The position numbers and the translations under genes are program-made. Below, piece by piece: positions 1 to 8,848 of a DNA stretch of 21,944 nucleotides (the stretch's first letter is position 1; each line of letters begins with the position of its first letter). Origin of the DNA: Elusimicrobiota bacterium (lineage in GTDB: Bacteria > CG03 > SLGR01 > JAGXOG01); NCBI GenBank assembly GCA_051745145.1, contig JBNJDT010000022.1:1-21944 (forward strand), read 5' to 3'. Under the pieces are notes generated by a model. That model had not been told where the DNA came from and did no database searches. It saw only the letters and a list, made by a program, of their open reading frames with translations.

Positions 1-2493
1 ATAAAAATACCCCGTAACGTCACTGAAAAGTGTTTCCTTAATATCAACTTTTATTTTTGAATGCGGGGCCACGTCAACGCCTCCTTCCAGATTAAGTTTA
101 ATCTTTTTCGGTACAGTAGAAGCTTCTACGGTGTATTCTTTTTTCACCTCTGCCCAGGGGATTTTTTGTAGTTCTTTCGCGTACATATCCTGCTGATACT
201 GTTCGGCATCAGCCCTGTCCCAGTCCACATCAATCCACAACCTGGTATTAGTTTTTAGACGGTACGTTCCCGGAAGTAATCCGGTTATGCGAAAAGAACC
301 GTCATCGTAAACCTTAGAATAACCCCAGGAATCAATATCTGTTCCGACGGCTTCAATATCCATCCCGGTTTCCACCCTGTAATAATCTGTGGTTCCTACA
401 TTAAATTTTTTGTTTACCGGTTTAAAATAGTTGCCGTCGGGTTTTTGAACATAACCCTTTATCTGTCCCGATGGGTTAATATCAATTTCCCCCACCTCTT
501 CGGTACTCTTATCAGTCATATCAATATTTTCAAGTATATCGCGCTGTCCCATTTTATACACCGGCCCGTAATTAAGAGATCTTATTTCCAGGCGATAACT
601 CTTACCTTTCTCCACCGTTACATTAAAAGGAAAAGTGGTGCCGGTACCCGAAATCTTTTCAAAAGTACGCACCGGGGGAACTGGATTTTCATAAGTATAA
701 GTTACATCAAGATTTTCCCCGTCTGCAGGCTGAGTAACAGTATCATCCCAGTATACTCTGCTGTTTGAGGTTTCATCCCCCCAGGTAACATACGAAATTA
801 TGTTGTAATCTGTAGGACTAACTTCCAGGCCTTCTTCAAAGACCCTGTCGTGGTCGAGTTCTACATAAACATCAGTACCCTCACTGACGGCTGGGCTATA
901 TACTGACGTTGTAATATCCTGCTGGTAGGTGTCCCACCGCTCCCCTACTATTAGGGTTACCGGACTGGATTCAGAGATTTCATCTCCGGAAAGTAAATTT
1001 AGCGTTCCCGTGATTGTAGCTGTTGAACTTGAAGTAATCTCTTTAGGCTCAAGTTCCACCAGAAGGTTTCCAGCATCATCAGTCTTTGATGACGTTACAT
1101 CTCCCCCGGTAGAAGTAAAAACGCTGAAAGAACTGGTCCATACGGTAATTCTCAAATCATCACCGCCTACTTGCCGGGCTCCCTCATAGTCAGTCGGCGA
1201 GCCCCAGTTTACGTCTTCTTCGCCGTTAATTCCGTTATTATATTTAATGCTTTCCTCAGAAAAATCAGACCATACATCCACTATATAATTGCCCGAAGGT
1301 AAATTGTCTATCTTAAAAACACCGTCCCACCCTATATTGGCATCATCCCAGGCGTAAGGCTCGTCTTTGACTAAATTGGCCGGATCCGAACTTCCGTCTA
1401 CGCTCCAGTACGTATGGTCCCCGTAAACATTCACATGCCCTTCGGGAATGACATAATCGGTTGTTCCAAGATAAAGTTTCCCCCGCAGTTCTCCCGAAGC
1501 GACTCCCAGCAAGAAATTTTCTTTTACCGGATAAGATTCAAAAGTAGCGGATTTAACAGTACTTGTCCCTATATGTCCCCGGCGGGTAACGCTGTAAGTA
1601 AAATCTGCCGCCGGCGGTACTGTATCGCTGTAAACTCGGTAAACTCCGTCTGAATCCGTCCACGATGTAAAAGAATCCCACACCCAATCCCCCGTTGCGG
1701 TATAAGTACCGTATTCAATGCGCACTTCAGCATCCCTTAATGGAGCGCCCGAATCATCGGATACAACCCCGCGGAATATAAGTTTATCGGCTGTTTCTAC
1801 TGAACTGTCAGTGTTATCCGGTTCAACAGCGTCTTCAGAAGTAAGATCCAGACCCGGAGCGGAAACTATTCCGGTTTGTCCGGCGAGGCTTTCTACTGTG
1901 CCGTCAATATGCTTGTTCATCAGCGGTGAAAATACACCTGCGTAGTATTCCCCGCCAAGGTCGTTAGGTACATTGTAATATCTTATACGTCCGGTAGTTA
2001 CCTGACCGTCGTAAGAATCAATATAAGCCGCTCCCATAGCCACATCTCCCTCGGCAGTGGAATTTCCTATTCCACCGAAGACTACTGTAGGAGAACTTAC
2101 CGTTACAGTAGCTTCCACTACACAATATTTATCCATGTCCCCCTCGTAAACCGGGGAAAGAGTTACTGGTTCCTCTACGGTGGACTCTTCCGCAGTAACT
2201 TCCGGGGGGTAGTCGCTGTTTATCTGCTCTAAGAACGGGGGATTCCAGCCCTGGGACGAGACAAACACACCATATGTTTCGCCGTCTGTAACTGATGAAA
2301 AATTGTGCGCCCCCCCCGTATCAGCATAACCGACATGGGAATCGGTCATATTTTCAAAATTTACCAGTACTATCTGAGTACCCGGTACAGGATTGCCGGA
2401 ACTATCCGTCACTGTTACGTTTATCTGCGATGCAAAAGCATTTGCGCTCAACAAAAAGACCCCTGCCACTGCCGCTATTAATTTTTTATTCAT
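1..2493 (-). CDS. Large secreted/surface protein with repeated carboxypeptidase-regulatory-like (prealbumin/Ig-like beta-sandwich) domains; 3' end lies beyond the window (at least 831 aa)
   Basis: Absent from the ORF track because it has no stop in the window. Hand translation from ATG at 2493 (GGAGG RBS just upstream) gives signal peptide MNKKLIAAVAGVFLLSANAFA, then motifs such as INVTVTDSSGNPVPG, FRGVVSDDSGAPLRDAEV, DGVFKIDNLPSGNY and DGSFRITGLLPGTY; frame stays open to position 1 (...SDVTGYFY). Confidence 0.85.
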   Translation of the reverse strand, partial: MNKKLIAAVAGVFLLSANAFASQINVTVTDSSGNPVPGTQIVLVNFENMTDSHVGYADTGGAHNFSSVTDGETYGVFVSSQGWNPPFLEQINSDYPPEVTAEESTVEEPVTLSPVYEGDMDKYCVVEATVTVSSPTVVFGGIGNSTAEGDVAMGAAYIDSYDGQVTTGRIRYYNVPNDLGGEYYAGVFSPLMNKHIDGTVESLAGQTGIVSAPGLDLTSEDAVEPDNTDSSVETADKLIFRGVVSDDSGAPLRDAEVRIEYGTYTATGDWVWDSFTSWTDSDGVYRVYSDTVPPAADFTYSVTRRGHIGTSTVKSATFESYPVKENFLLGVASGELRGKLYLGTTDYVIPEGHVNVYGDHTYWSVDGSSDPANLVKDEPYAWDDANIGWDGVFKIDNLPSGNYIVDVWSDFSEESIKYNNGINGEEDVNWGSPTDYEGARQVGGDDLRITVWTSSFSVFTSTGGDVTSSKTDDAGNLLVELEPKEITSSSTATITGTLNLLSGDEISESSPVTLIVGERWDTYQQDITTSVYSPAVSEGTDVYVELDHDRVFEEGLEVSPTDYNIISYVTWGDETSNSRVYWDDTVTQPADGENLDVTYTYENPVPPVRTFEKISGTGTTFPFNVTVEKGKSYRLEIRSLNYGPVYKMGQRDILENIDMTDKSTEEVGEIDINPSGQIKGYVQKPDGNYFKPVNKKFNVGTTDYYRVETGMDIEAVGTDIDSWGYSKVYDDGSFRITGLLPGTYRLKTNTRLWIDVDWDRADAEQYQQDMYAKELQKIPWAEVKKEYTVEASTVPKKIKLNLEGGVDVAPHSKIKVDIKETLFSDVTGYFY

Positions 2494-2534
2494 TTTTTCC
2501 TCCGTATTTTAGGATATTATTTTTTAATCTATAT

Positions 2535-3767
2535 TTAATACTGCCAGTTTAACCCTACATTATAGTTAGTAGCAGTATAGTTGTATTTGTAATTTGCTTC
2601 ATAGTCCATATTTGAAGATACCACCTGCCTGTTAATCCTGGCAAAAAGCTGTAAATTTTCAGCGACAGGGTACCTATACGATAAACCGAAATTATTATAT
2701 AACTGTTTTACATTGCTGTCAGTATAAGAAGCGTCGTCTTCCCTTACCAGTCTGCCGGAATATTTTCGCCAGTTTATATTCCACATGATATTAAAAAGGC
2801 TTAAATTATCTTTATCACCCAGGTACAAAGTTAGAGACGGCGTAAAGGAAGTATCCGCGTAAGAATAAAAATTTTCTATATATTTAGTAGCCTGCGAATC
2901 GTAAGAATTCTGATTGGAATTTAAAAATGTTGTCTCATTTTCCAGCCCTATGACCGCCCGGCGGTAATTATAATCCAGACCGGCACGGAAAGTATTTATA
3001 ATATCTTTTCTTAAATCCGGAGAAAAAGAGCCGTCTTCTTTTACTATAGTCTGATCGCTGTAATTTATTAAATCCAGCGAATAAGAATAACTGGCCGACA
3101 TATTAGCAGTATAATCTTTTTCTCCTTTTAATTTTACCATAACATCTGAATAATCCAGAACATCTTCGCCGGCATTTTGAGATATTTCGGTATAAGTATA
3201 GGTATCTATAGCTGTTTCAAAATCCTCCTGGGCTTCGGATACAAGACTGGAATAATTGGGGAACTTTACTTCATAATAATCTAAAGCTAAGGACATATTA
3301 TGTCCAAACGCTTTTTTCTCCCCCTCTACTCCGAAAAGCATTCTGTCATAGTTAAAAAGACCATCCCCCCACCCCTCGTCTTTTGTCTCATTTATAAACG
3401 ATTTTTTATAACTGGTGCGGATGCGGGTTTTCACATCTGCATAAGTGGTTACATACGTCAAGTTAATACCTCCGTCGGCAGACTGACGGGTTAAAGTATC
3501 CCCGCCTACAAGTTCCTGAACATCCTGGGTGCCGGAATAATTTAAACTCAAAACAGGTACCAGAGAACTGTCTTTCCCAAAATTCAGCGCCGGAGAAAAA
3601 TATATATCTGAATTTCCTCCGAACGAAGAAGGTGTACCCTCTAAAAAATACTGCCCGCCGGCAACCGAAATATCGGCAACCGGTGTATATTTAACTTCTG
3701 CATAAGAAATCGCATACATATTAAAAATAAAAATTAATCCCGTCACCAGTCCGACTAAATATTTCAC
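2535..3767 (-). CDS. Predicted outer-membrane beta-barrel protein (410 aa), function unknown
   Basis: GTG start with AAGGAG RBS; N-terminal signal peptide; many Tyr/Asn/Ser-rich alternating amphipathic strands; C-terminus YNVGLNWQY fits a BAM beta-signal ending in an aromatic residue. Confidence 0.75.
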   Translation of the reverse strand: MKYLVGLVTGLIFIFNMYAISYAEVKYTPVADISVAGGQYFLEGTPSSFGGNSDIYFSPALNFGKDSSLVPVLSLNYSGTQDVQELVGGDTLTRQSADGGINLTYVTTYADVKTRIRTSYKKSFINETKDEGWGDGLFNYDRMLFGVEGEKKAFGHNMSLALDYYEVKFPNYSSLVSEAQEDFETAIDTYTYTEISQNAGEDVLDYSDVMVKLKGEKDYTANMSASYSYSLDLINYSDQTIVKEDGSFSPDLRKDIINTFRAGLDYNYRRAVIGLENETTFLNSNQNSYDSQATKYIENFYSYADTSFTPSLTLYLGDKDNLSLFNIMWNINWRKYSGRLVREDDASYTDSNVKQLYNNFGLSYRYPVAENLQLFARINRQVVSSNMDYEANYKYNYTATNYNVGLNWQY

Positions 3768-3817
3768 GTTTACTCTCCTTTATAAAAACTACTTATCTTT
3801 TTCATACCCTTATGACT

Positions 3818-5308
3818 TTAATACGAGAACATCCCCGAATCCAATACTAATTTTGTAGAAAAAACCAGGTCAATATCCCGGTCTCCGAATTCCGAACTCT
3901 CGTACTTTCTCTCAAAATTAAGTCCGGCAAGATACTCTGCAAAACTGCCGTCCATTTTAGAAGAGAAACTGTCAGTTATATCTCGGGTGGTCTGTATATC
4001 CCCCTCATCGTTGATAAAATAATCGTCCGTAGATATCCAGGTACCGTCCGCATAAGTATCTTTATTGTAAAAATGGAAAGTATCCTCTCCCGACGGACGC
4101 TCACTTATAGAGTCCGGTTCGCCGCTATCCAGGTAGTAACTGTATTCTACGGTTAAATCTTCGTAATTAGCGTCGCTGTATCCGCCGTAAATTTCCCTGG
4201 TCCACAAAGTCTTTTCCTGTTTTTCGGCTCCCTTCACCGAAAAAGAAAAATTTTCAAAATAATGATGCCAGTTATCTTCCGAGTCCTGAAGCATATCCCC
4301 GCCGGTACCCACTTCGTTAACTCTATCTTTTGTATTGGAAATCACCGAAGTTAAATCCGTCAGAACCCACTCCGGTTTTTCTGGGGTTTCCGCGTAAAAC
4401 ATATTTTCAGTGGCCCGATTTAAATTCTCGGGGAGACTGCTGTCAAATACAAAATTTATTTTTCCGAAATCAAACCGGTTCTCCCGGTGATTTAAAACCA
4501 CGTATTTAAATTCATTTTCTTTCGGCCGGACAATATACTCTTCCAGTCTTACCCGGTTTCCGTGAACATCAGTCATTACTTTTCCGTTCTCGTATTCCGC
4601 TTTTTTTATCTCTTCGGCGGCCCGGGAAAGAACTGCTTCACGGGTGATTTCTTTAAACATTTCCCGGCGAACTTCTTCCCGTATATTTCCGTATTCTTTC
4701 TCCTCAGGATCCGGAGCTTTGGTCTTATCCGTACCGGGCTCGTCAGACTCAAGCTGACTGGGCGAAGCGGGGCTTTCATTTTTCTTTATATTTGTATACT
4801 GACCGGCTCTGACTTCCACGCTCTCTCCGGTAATTAACTCCCTGGCCTCTACACGCCCCTCAAAAACTTCAAGCCGGGTAGCATTATCTGCAACTATAAC
4901 TTCAAAATCAGTTCCCCTGACCCCGGCAACGGCCTGGGGGGATCGGATACTATAACTTTCGTCTTTACTTAACTCTCTAACTTTTGATCTGAGTTTACCT
5001 TTAAAAAGTTCCAGATCTGTCTGTTCTTTATTGGCCTCCCTAATTTCCATAGAGCTTTGGGAAGAAATTTTGGCTTCATGACCGGTTTCAAATTTAATTA
5101 CAGCTACAGATTCGCTACTGGTCCTCACTAAATCCCCGCTGCTGACCTCCTGGTCTATCTGAGCCTCTTTCCATTTTTCCTGGCCGGCAGTCTTTATCTG
5201 GACTGTCCCTTCTATCTGAGAGATGGATGCCACACCGGCAAAAACCGGCCCGCAAATCAGTATAAGTACTCCCACAATTGCCAGTGCCTTTCTATAAAAA
5301 TAATACAT
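3818..5308 (-). CDS. Exported FecR-domain protein with long acidic C-terminal extension of unknown function (496 aa)
   Basis: Signal peptide, then FecR-domain motifs IEGTVQI, GDLVRT, LELFKGKL, AVAGVRGTDFEV, LEVFEGRVE, VRAGQ; followed by a Pro/acidic linker, a helical segment and about 250 aa not recognised. GGAGGT RBS upstream. Confidence 0.85.
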   Translation of the reverse strand: MYYFYRKALAIVGVLILICGPVFAGVASISQIEGTVQIKTAGQEKWKEAQIDQEVSSGDLVRTSSESVAVIKFETGHEAKISSQSSMEIREANKEQTDLELFKGKLRSKVRELSKDESYSIRSPQAVAGVRGTDFEVIVADNATRLEVFEGRVEARELITGESVEVRAGQYTNIKKNESPASPSQLESDEPGTDKTKAPDPEEKEYGNIREEVRREMFKEITREAVLSRAAEEIKKAEYENGKVMTDVHGNRVRLEEYIVRPKENEFKYVVLNHRENRFDFGKINFVFDSSLPENLNRATENMFYAETPEKPEWVLTDLTSVISNTKDRVNEVGTGGDMLQDSEDNWHHYFENFSFSVKGAEKQEKTLWTREIYGGYSDANYEDLTVEYSYYLDSGEPDSISERPSGEDTFHFYNKDTYADGTWISTDDYFINDEGDIQTTRDITDSFSSKMDGSFAEYLAGLNFERKYESSEFGDRDIDLVFSTKLVLDSGMFSY

Positions 5309-5371
5309 TGTTAAAAACCTCCGTTTAGCTATTTAAATACTTTTTTAAAATTTATTAATACTAGCATATAC

Positions 5372-5377
5372 ATTATA
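5372..5377 (-). promoter_or_regulatory. Putative sigma70 -10 element (TATAAT) for the fecR-like operon
   Basis: Perfect TATAAT on the minus strand in the 107-bp intergenic gap; no good -35, whose position is overlapped by the CRP-like box, as in class II CRP promoters. The region is AT-rich, so the hexamer alone is weak evidence. Confidence 0.6.
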
Positions 5378-5398
5378 ACTTATTTATTTAAATTAATC

Positions 5399-5414
5399 AG
5401 TGACTTTAATCACA
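5399..5414 (-). promoter_or_regulatory. CRP/Clr-family (cAMP receptor) binding site
   Basis: Minus strand reads TGTGA-TTAAAG-TCACT, 9/10 match to TGTGA-N6-TCACA; centre (5406/5407) falls at -41.5 if TATAAT 5377-5372 is -12..-7; lies immediately after the adenylate cyclase stop codon. Confidence 0.7.
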
Positions 5415-5415
5415 C

Positions 5416-7383
5416 TTAAATATTTTCTTTTATTAACTCAATAACTTCGTAAACTTCAACCGGTTTATCTTTTCCTTTTACTTTCATGGGAGACATTTTG
5501 TTTGCCTTCACTATATCTTTTACCCGCCGGTAAGTGGATTCACTTAATAAAAGCTGCCCCGGTTTGGCGTTTTCCTCAAGCCTGGCCGCCAGATTCACAT
5601 TATCCCCTATAACGGTATAATCGGCAAACTGTTTCGAACCCATATTTCCCACTACCACATCCCCGGTGTTAATACCCATTCCCACGGATATGGTTTTTTT
5701 CCCTTCTGCAACCCATTTTTCCTGCAGTTTTTTAAGGGCTCCCTTCATTTCCCAGGCCGCCTTAACGGCCAGATGTGCATGATTATCCTGCTTAACGGGC
5801 GCTCCCCACAAAGCCATAACCGCATCTCCCATAAATTTATCTAAAGTTCCATTGTACTTAAAAACAATTTCTATCATTTCGGTAAGATATTCATTTAAAA
5901 CATGCACTACTTCTTCCGGTTGAAGCTTTTCGGACATGGATGTAAACCCTCTTATATCTGAGAAAAAGACAGTTAAGAGTTTTCTCTGGCCCCCCAGTTT
6001 TATCTGGTCCGGTTTCTCCAGTAATACATCAACTACCTGGGTGGATACATATCTTTGAAACATACTTCTTATTATCTTCTTTTCCTGTTCCTCGGTGGCA
6101 AATTTATATACTGTCATACTGGTATAAGAAAATAATATACCCACAAGAGGATACAAAGTACTTACTACACACTCATTTTTAAATAAAATATAACTGGTAT
6201 AAAAGTAACCAGTTCCTATAATAATATTTAAAAGAGCAGAAGATAGGGCTTTAAATTTAGCAGTTATTCCCATTGCCAATAAAATCACAAATACTATAAT
6301 GCCGGAATTAACCCAGACAGATACCGGTCTGAGAAAATTGCCATCTACAACATTAGAAGCAACCGTCGCTAAAAACGCCACCATGGGAAAAGAAGTTGAG
6401 TACGGTACGGGATTTAAATCCGATGTTCCGGTTGCCGTAAGACCTAAAAAAGCCATCTTATCCTCTAAATTAGATAAATCTATTTTTGGTTCCTCACCGT
6501 CAGCCAGGGCATTATATGACTGAACGACCTCAACAAAGGAAGCCATTCCTATATTATCGGCGTTAAACTTCCCCACATGGTTAACTAACATCCTGGTCTT
6601 ATCATCTACCGGAATTCTTATAGTTTTGTTCTTTGTCTTTAATTCTATTGACCGGCCGGGGGTGATGGTCACATCTTCTTTTTCTATATCCATGTAATTT
6701 AAAACGGCTCCAAATGCTACATTGGGCACGATATAATCTTTGTATCTCATTACCAGGGGGACACGCCTTGTAATACCGTCGGTATCGGGCTCGGCATTAA
6801 TATAACCCGAACCACCCGCAACTTCACTCAATTCCGGAATAGGTAATGACAGAGATTTAAATTCAAATAAATCCTGAGTATTTTTCAAATCTTCAACACG
6901 GGCTAAAGCTATTTTTTCCAGAAGTTCTTCATGCTCCGGACTTAACTTGTCGCTGTAACCCTTTTTTATCTTTGCTGTTTTGGGCATCCCAAAAAACGGA
7001 AAATAGACATTTCCCATCAAATCGGCCTGCTGTATCAGAGCCTCGTCATCTTCGGGGAAATTTGAAGACGGCTCGGTAAAAAGAACGTCAAATACCAGGG
7101 TATCCAGTTCTAAAATATTCATTATATTTATAAAAGTGGCCATATAAGCTCTCCGCCACGGCCACCTGCCCAGAACCTGGGGGGATACGCTCTCATCGCC
7201 TATAGCCACAACTTTTACATTGCCGGACATTTTCTGCGGACCTCTTAATTTAAACATTTGGTCAAGTAATTTAAAATCAAATACTTTCCCTATCCCAAAT
7301 ATATTCATAATAAGTACTACAAAAATAATTGATACTGTAATATAAATTAAAGGTTTTTTATCGGGCATCTTTGAATTAGCCAT
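5416..7383 (-). CDS. CHASE2-domain membrane-bound class III adenylate cyclase (655 aa)
   Basis: N-terminal TM; CHASE2 motifs LGRWPWRR, FDVLFTEPS, DTDGITRRVPL; three TM helices; cyclase motifs FFSDIRGFTSMSE, DKFMGDAVMALWG, GINTGDVVVGNMGS, DYTVIGDNVNLAARLE. Lys in DKF and Thr in DYT indicate ATP specificity. Confidence 0.95.
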   Translation of the reverse strand: MANSKMPDKKPLIYITVSIIFVVLIMNIFGIGKVFDFKLLDQMFKLRGPQKMSGNVKVVAIGDESVSPQVLGRWPWRRAYMATFINIMNILELDTLVFDVLFTEPSSNFPEDDEALIQQADLMGNVYFPFFGMPKTAKIKKGYSDKLSPEHEELLEKIALARVEDLKNTQDLFEFKSLSLPIPELSEVAGGSGYINAEPDTDGITRRVPLVMRYKDYIVPNVAFGAVLNYMDIEKEDVTITPGRSIELKTKNKTIRIPVDDKTRMLVNHVGKFNADNIGMASFVEVVQSYNALADGEEPKIDLSNLEDKMAFLGLTATGTSDLNPVPYSTSFPMVAFLATVASNVVDGNFLRPVSVWVNSGIIVFVILLAMGITAKFKALSSALLNIIIGTGYFYTSYILFKNECVVSTLYPLVGILFSYTSMTVYKFATEEQEKKIIRSMFQRYVSTQVVDVLLEKPDQIKLGGQRKLLTVFFSDIRGFTSMSEKLQPEEVVHVLNEYLTEMIEIVFKYNGTLDKFMGDAVMALWGAPVKQDNHAHLAVKAAWEMKGALKKLQEKWVAEGKKTISVGMGINTGDVVVGNMGSKQFADYTVIGDNVNLAARLEENAKPGQLLLSESTYRRVKDIVKANKMSPMKVKGKDKPVEVYEVIELIKENI

Positions 7384-7516
7384 AAACTTTCACTCCCGGT
7401 ATATATGGCCTATAACTTAAGGTAAGATAACGGACTAAATAATTTAGTACGGCGGGTACTTTTTTCTCCAACAATTTATTTTTTCTACTTTCTGTATATA
7501 TTTTCCGGGTTTGCAT
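7376..7516 (-). CDS. Putative small basic protein/leader ORF (46 aa) overlapping the cyclase start
   Basis: Hand translation: MQTRKIYTESRKNKLLEKKVPAVLNYLVRYLTLSYRPYIPGVKVYG*; strong GGGAGGT RBS upstream of the ATG; stop overlaps the cyclase start (ATGGCTAA). Below the ORF-track length cut-off; no family recognised. Confidence 0.45.
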   Translation of the reverse strand: MQTRKIYTESRKNKLLEKKVPAVLNYLVRYLTLSYRPYIPGVKVYG

Positions 7517-7569
7517 TGTATAATTACCTCCCGGCAATTAAATTAATTAAAAATCTTTATATTGTTAGA

Positions 7570-7598
7570 ATTATACCAAATTTATTTTTTCCGGTCAA
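7570..7598 (-). promoter_or_regulatory. Near-consensus sigma70 promoter for the small ORF and cyclase
   Basis: Minus strand: TTGACC (7598-7593), 17-bp spacer, TATAAT (7575-7570), with an extended -10 TGn (TGG TATAAT). Confidence 0.75.
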
Positions 7599-7615
7599 AA
7601 TCCCTTGCTTTCACT

Positions 7616-8848
7616 TTAAACTACCCAGCCCTCTGTTTGAACATCATTTAATATATTATTGGCTTCCATCCGGTAAATTTTATCCGTTTTCTTAGAATTA
7701 TTTATGCGTTTTAGCTCTTTTACGGCTCTCTTTTTAACCTGATATTCCGGATCCGTGACAAGTTCCTTTAAGATATTGAGCTGATCCTGAATTTTTAAAT
7801 CCGGGGTCAGCTCCGCCGCCCAAAGGCGTACCCAGGAATTGCCGCTTTTTGTCATCTTTTTTAATAAATTAACCGATGCTCCGTATTTAGTTTTTCTCAA
7901 TTTCCGGAAAGAACTTTTTACTCTTTTTTCCTCTTCTTTATCGGCAGGACTTTCTGAAATGCGGGGTTCTTTTATCTCCCGGGGTGTATTACTTGACTGT
8001 ATGGATTCTTTAAGCAGCTGGGCGTATTCTTTTTTGAGCTTTTCCTCCCTGTGCCGCCGATCTCTTTTTTCCTTCCGGCTCTCTTTTTTATCTTTCTTGC
8101 GAAGCTGCCGTTTTTCCCGCCGTACTTTTCTCAGTTCTTTCTCCATCTTCTCCACTTTCTGCGCCGATGCCCTGGATATTTCTTCCATACTCTCCCTGTT
8201 TGTTTGAGTAAGAGATTTTAACCAGTATCCGGCCATTATCATAAATAATATTAGAGAAACAACCGTCCCCCCCATTACATAATATACTATATTGTCATTG
8301 CCGCTTTCTCCGGACATTATTATAGGGCGGAGCAGTTCCCTTTCCTTTACGGTAAGCTTTTCCGGAGGTTTTTCTATGATCTTTACTCTCTCCTCCCGTT
8401 TCTCTTCCTCTTCTTCTTTAAGCTCTTCTAAATCCTGGGATTCTTCAAATTCCGCTTCGTTATCCTGTATCTCTTTTTGCTCCAGGGCTTCATCGGGATG
8501 TACTTTTGAGTAGAGTAAATCATAAACCCGGTTAACTTTTTCATCATCCGGTCTTAATTTTTTTGCTCTTTCTATAAATTCAAGAGCTTTCTCATATTCT
8601 TCGTTTTCATTTAACCTTCCGGCCTTTAAAATTAAAATCTCGGCCAGCAGTCCTTTTACTTTTTCATTTTCCGGGGCTTCTTCGTAAGCCTTTTCCAGCT
8701 CGGTTAAAGCCGGGTCTATAGAGCCGTCTAAATACAGATTTACTCCCTTACGGTACGATTCCGGTACCGCATAAGATATCGAGCAGACGGTAAAACCCAA
8801 AACTATCACCGACAAAAACAATTTTATTAATTTACTTTTATTCTCCAT
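7616..8848 (-). CDS. Membrane protein: signal peptide, TPR, single TM helix, coiled coil, C-terminal HEAT-like repeats (410 aa)
   Basis: TPR patterns ALTELEKAYEEAPEN and YEKALEFIERAKKLRPDD; TM IVYYVMGGTVVSLILFMIMAGYWL; K/R/E-rich coiled coil; HEAT-like NSWVRLWAAEL and DPEYQVKKRAVKEL. Overlaps the upstream gene by 11 bp. Confidence 0.75.
   Translation of the reverse strand: MENKSKLIKLFLSVIVLGFTVCSISYAVPESYRKGVNLYLDGSIDPALTELEKAYEEAPENEKVKGLLAEILILKAGRLNENEEYEKALEFIERAKKLRPDDEKVNRVYDLLYSKVHPDEALEQKEIQDNEAEFEESQDLEELKEEEEEKREERVKIIEKPPEKLTVKERELLRPIIMSGESGNDNIVYYVMGGTVVSLILFMIMAGYWLKSLTQTNRESMEEISRASAQKVEKMEKELRKVRREKRQLRKKDKKESRKEKRDRRHREEKLKKEYAQLLKESIQSSNTPREIKEPRISESPADKEEEKRVKSSFRKLRKTKYGASVNLLKKMTKSGNSWVRLWAAELTPDLKIQDQLNILKELVTDPEYQVKKRAVKELKRINNSKKTDKIYRMEANNILNDVQTEGWVV

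Noticed and set aside
3818..5308. Canonical FecIRA iron-uptake anti-sigma factor
   Set aside because: No cytoplasmic anti-sigma domain, ECF sigma factor or TonB-dependent receptor is present; only the periplasmic FecR fold is shared.
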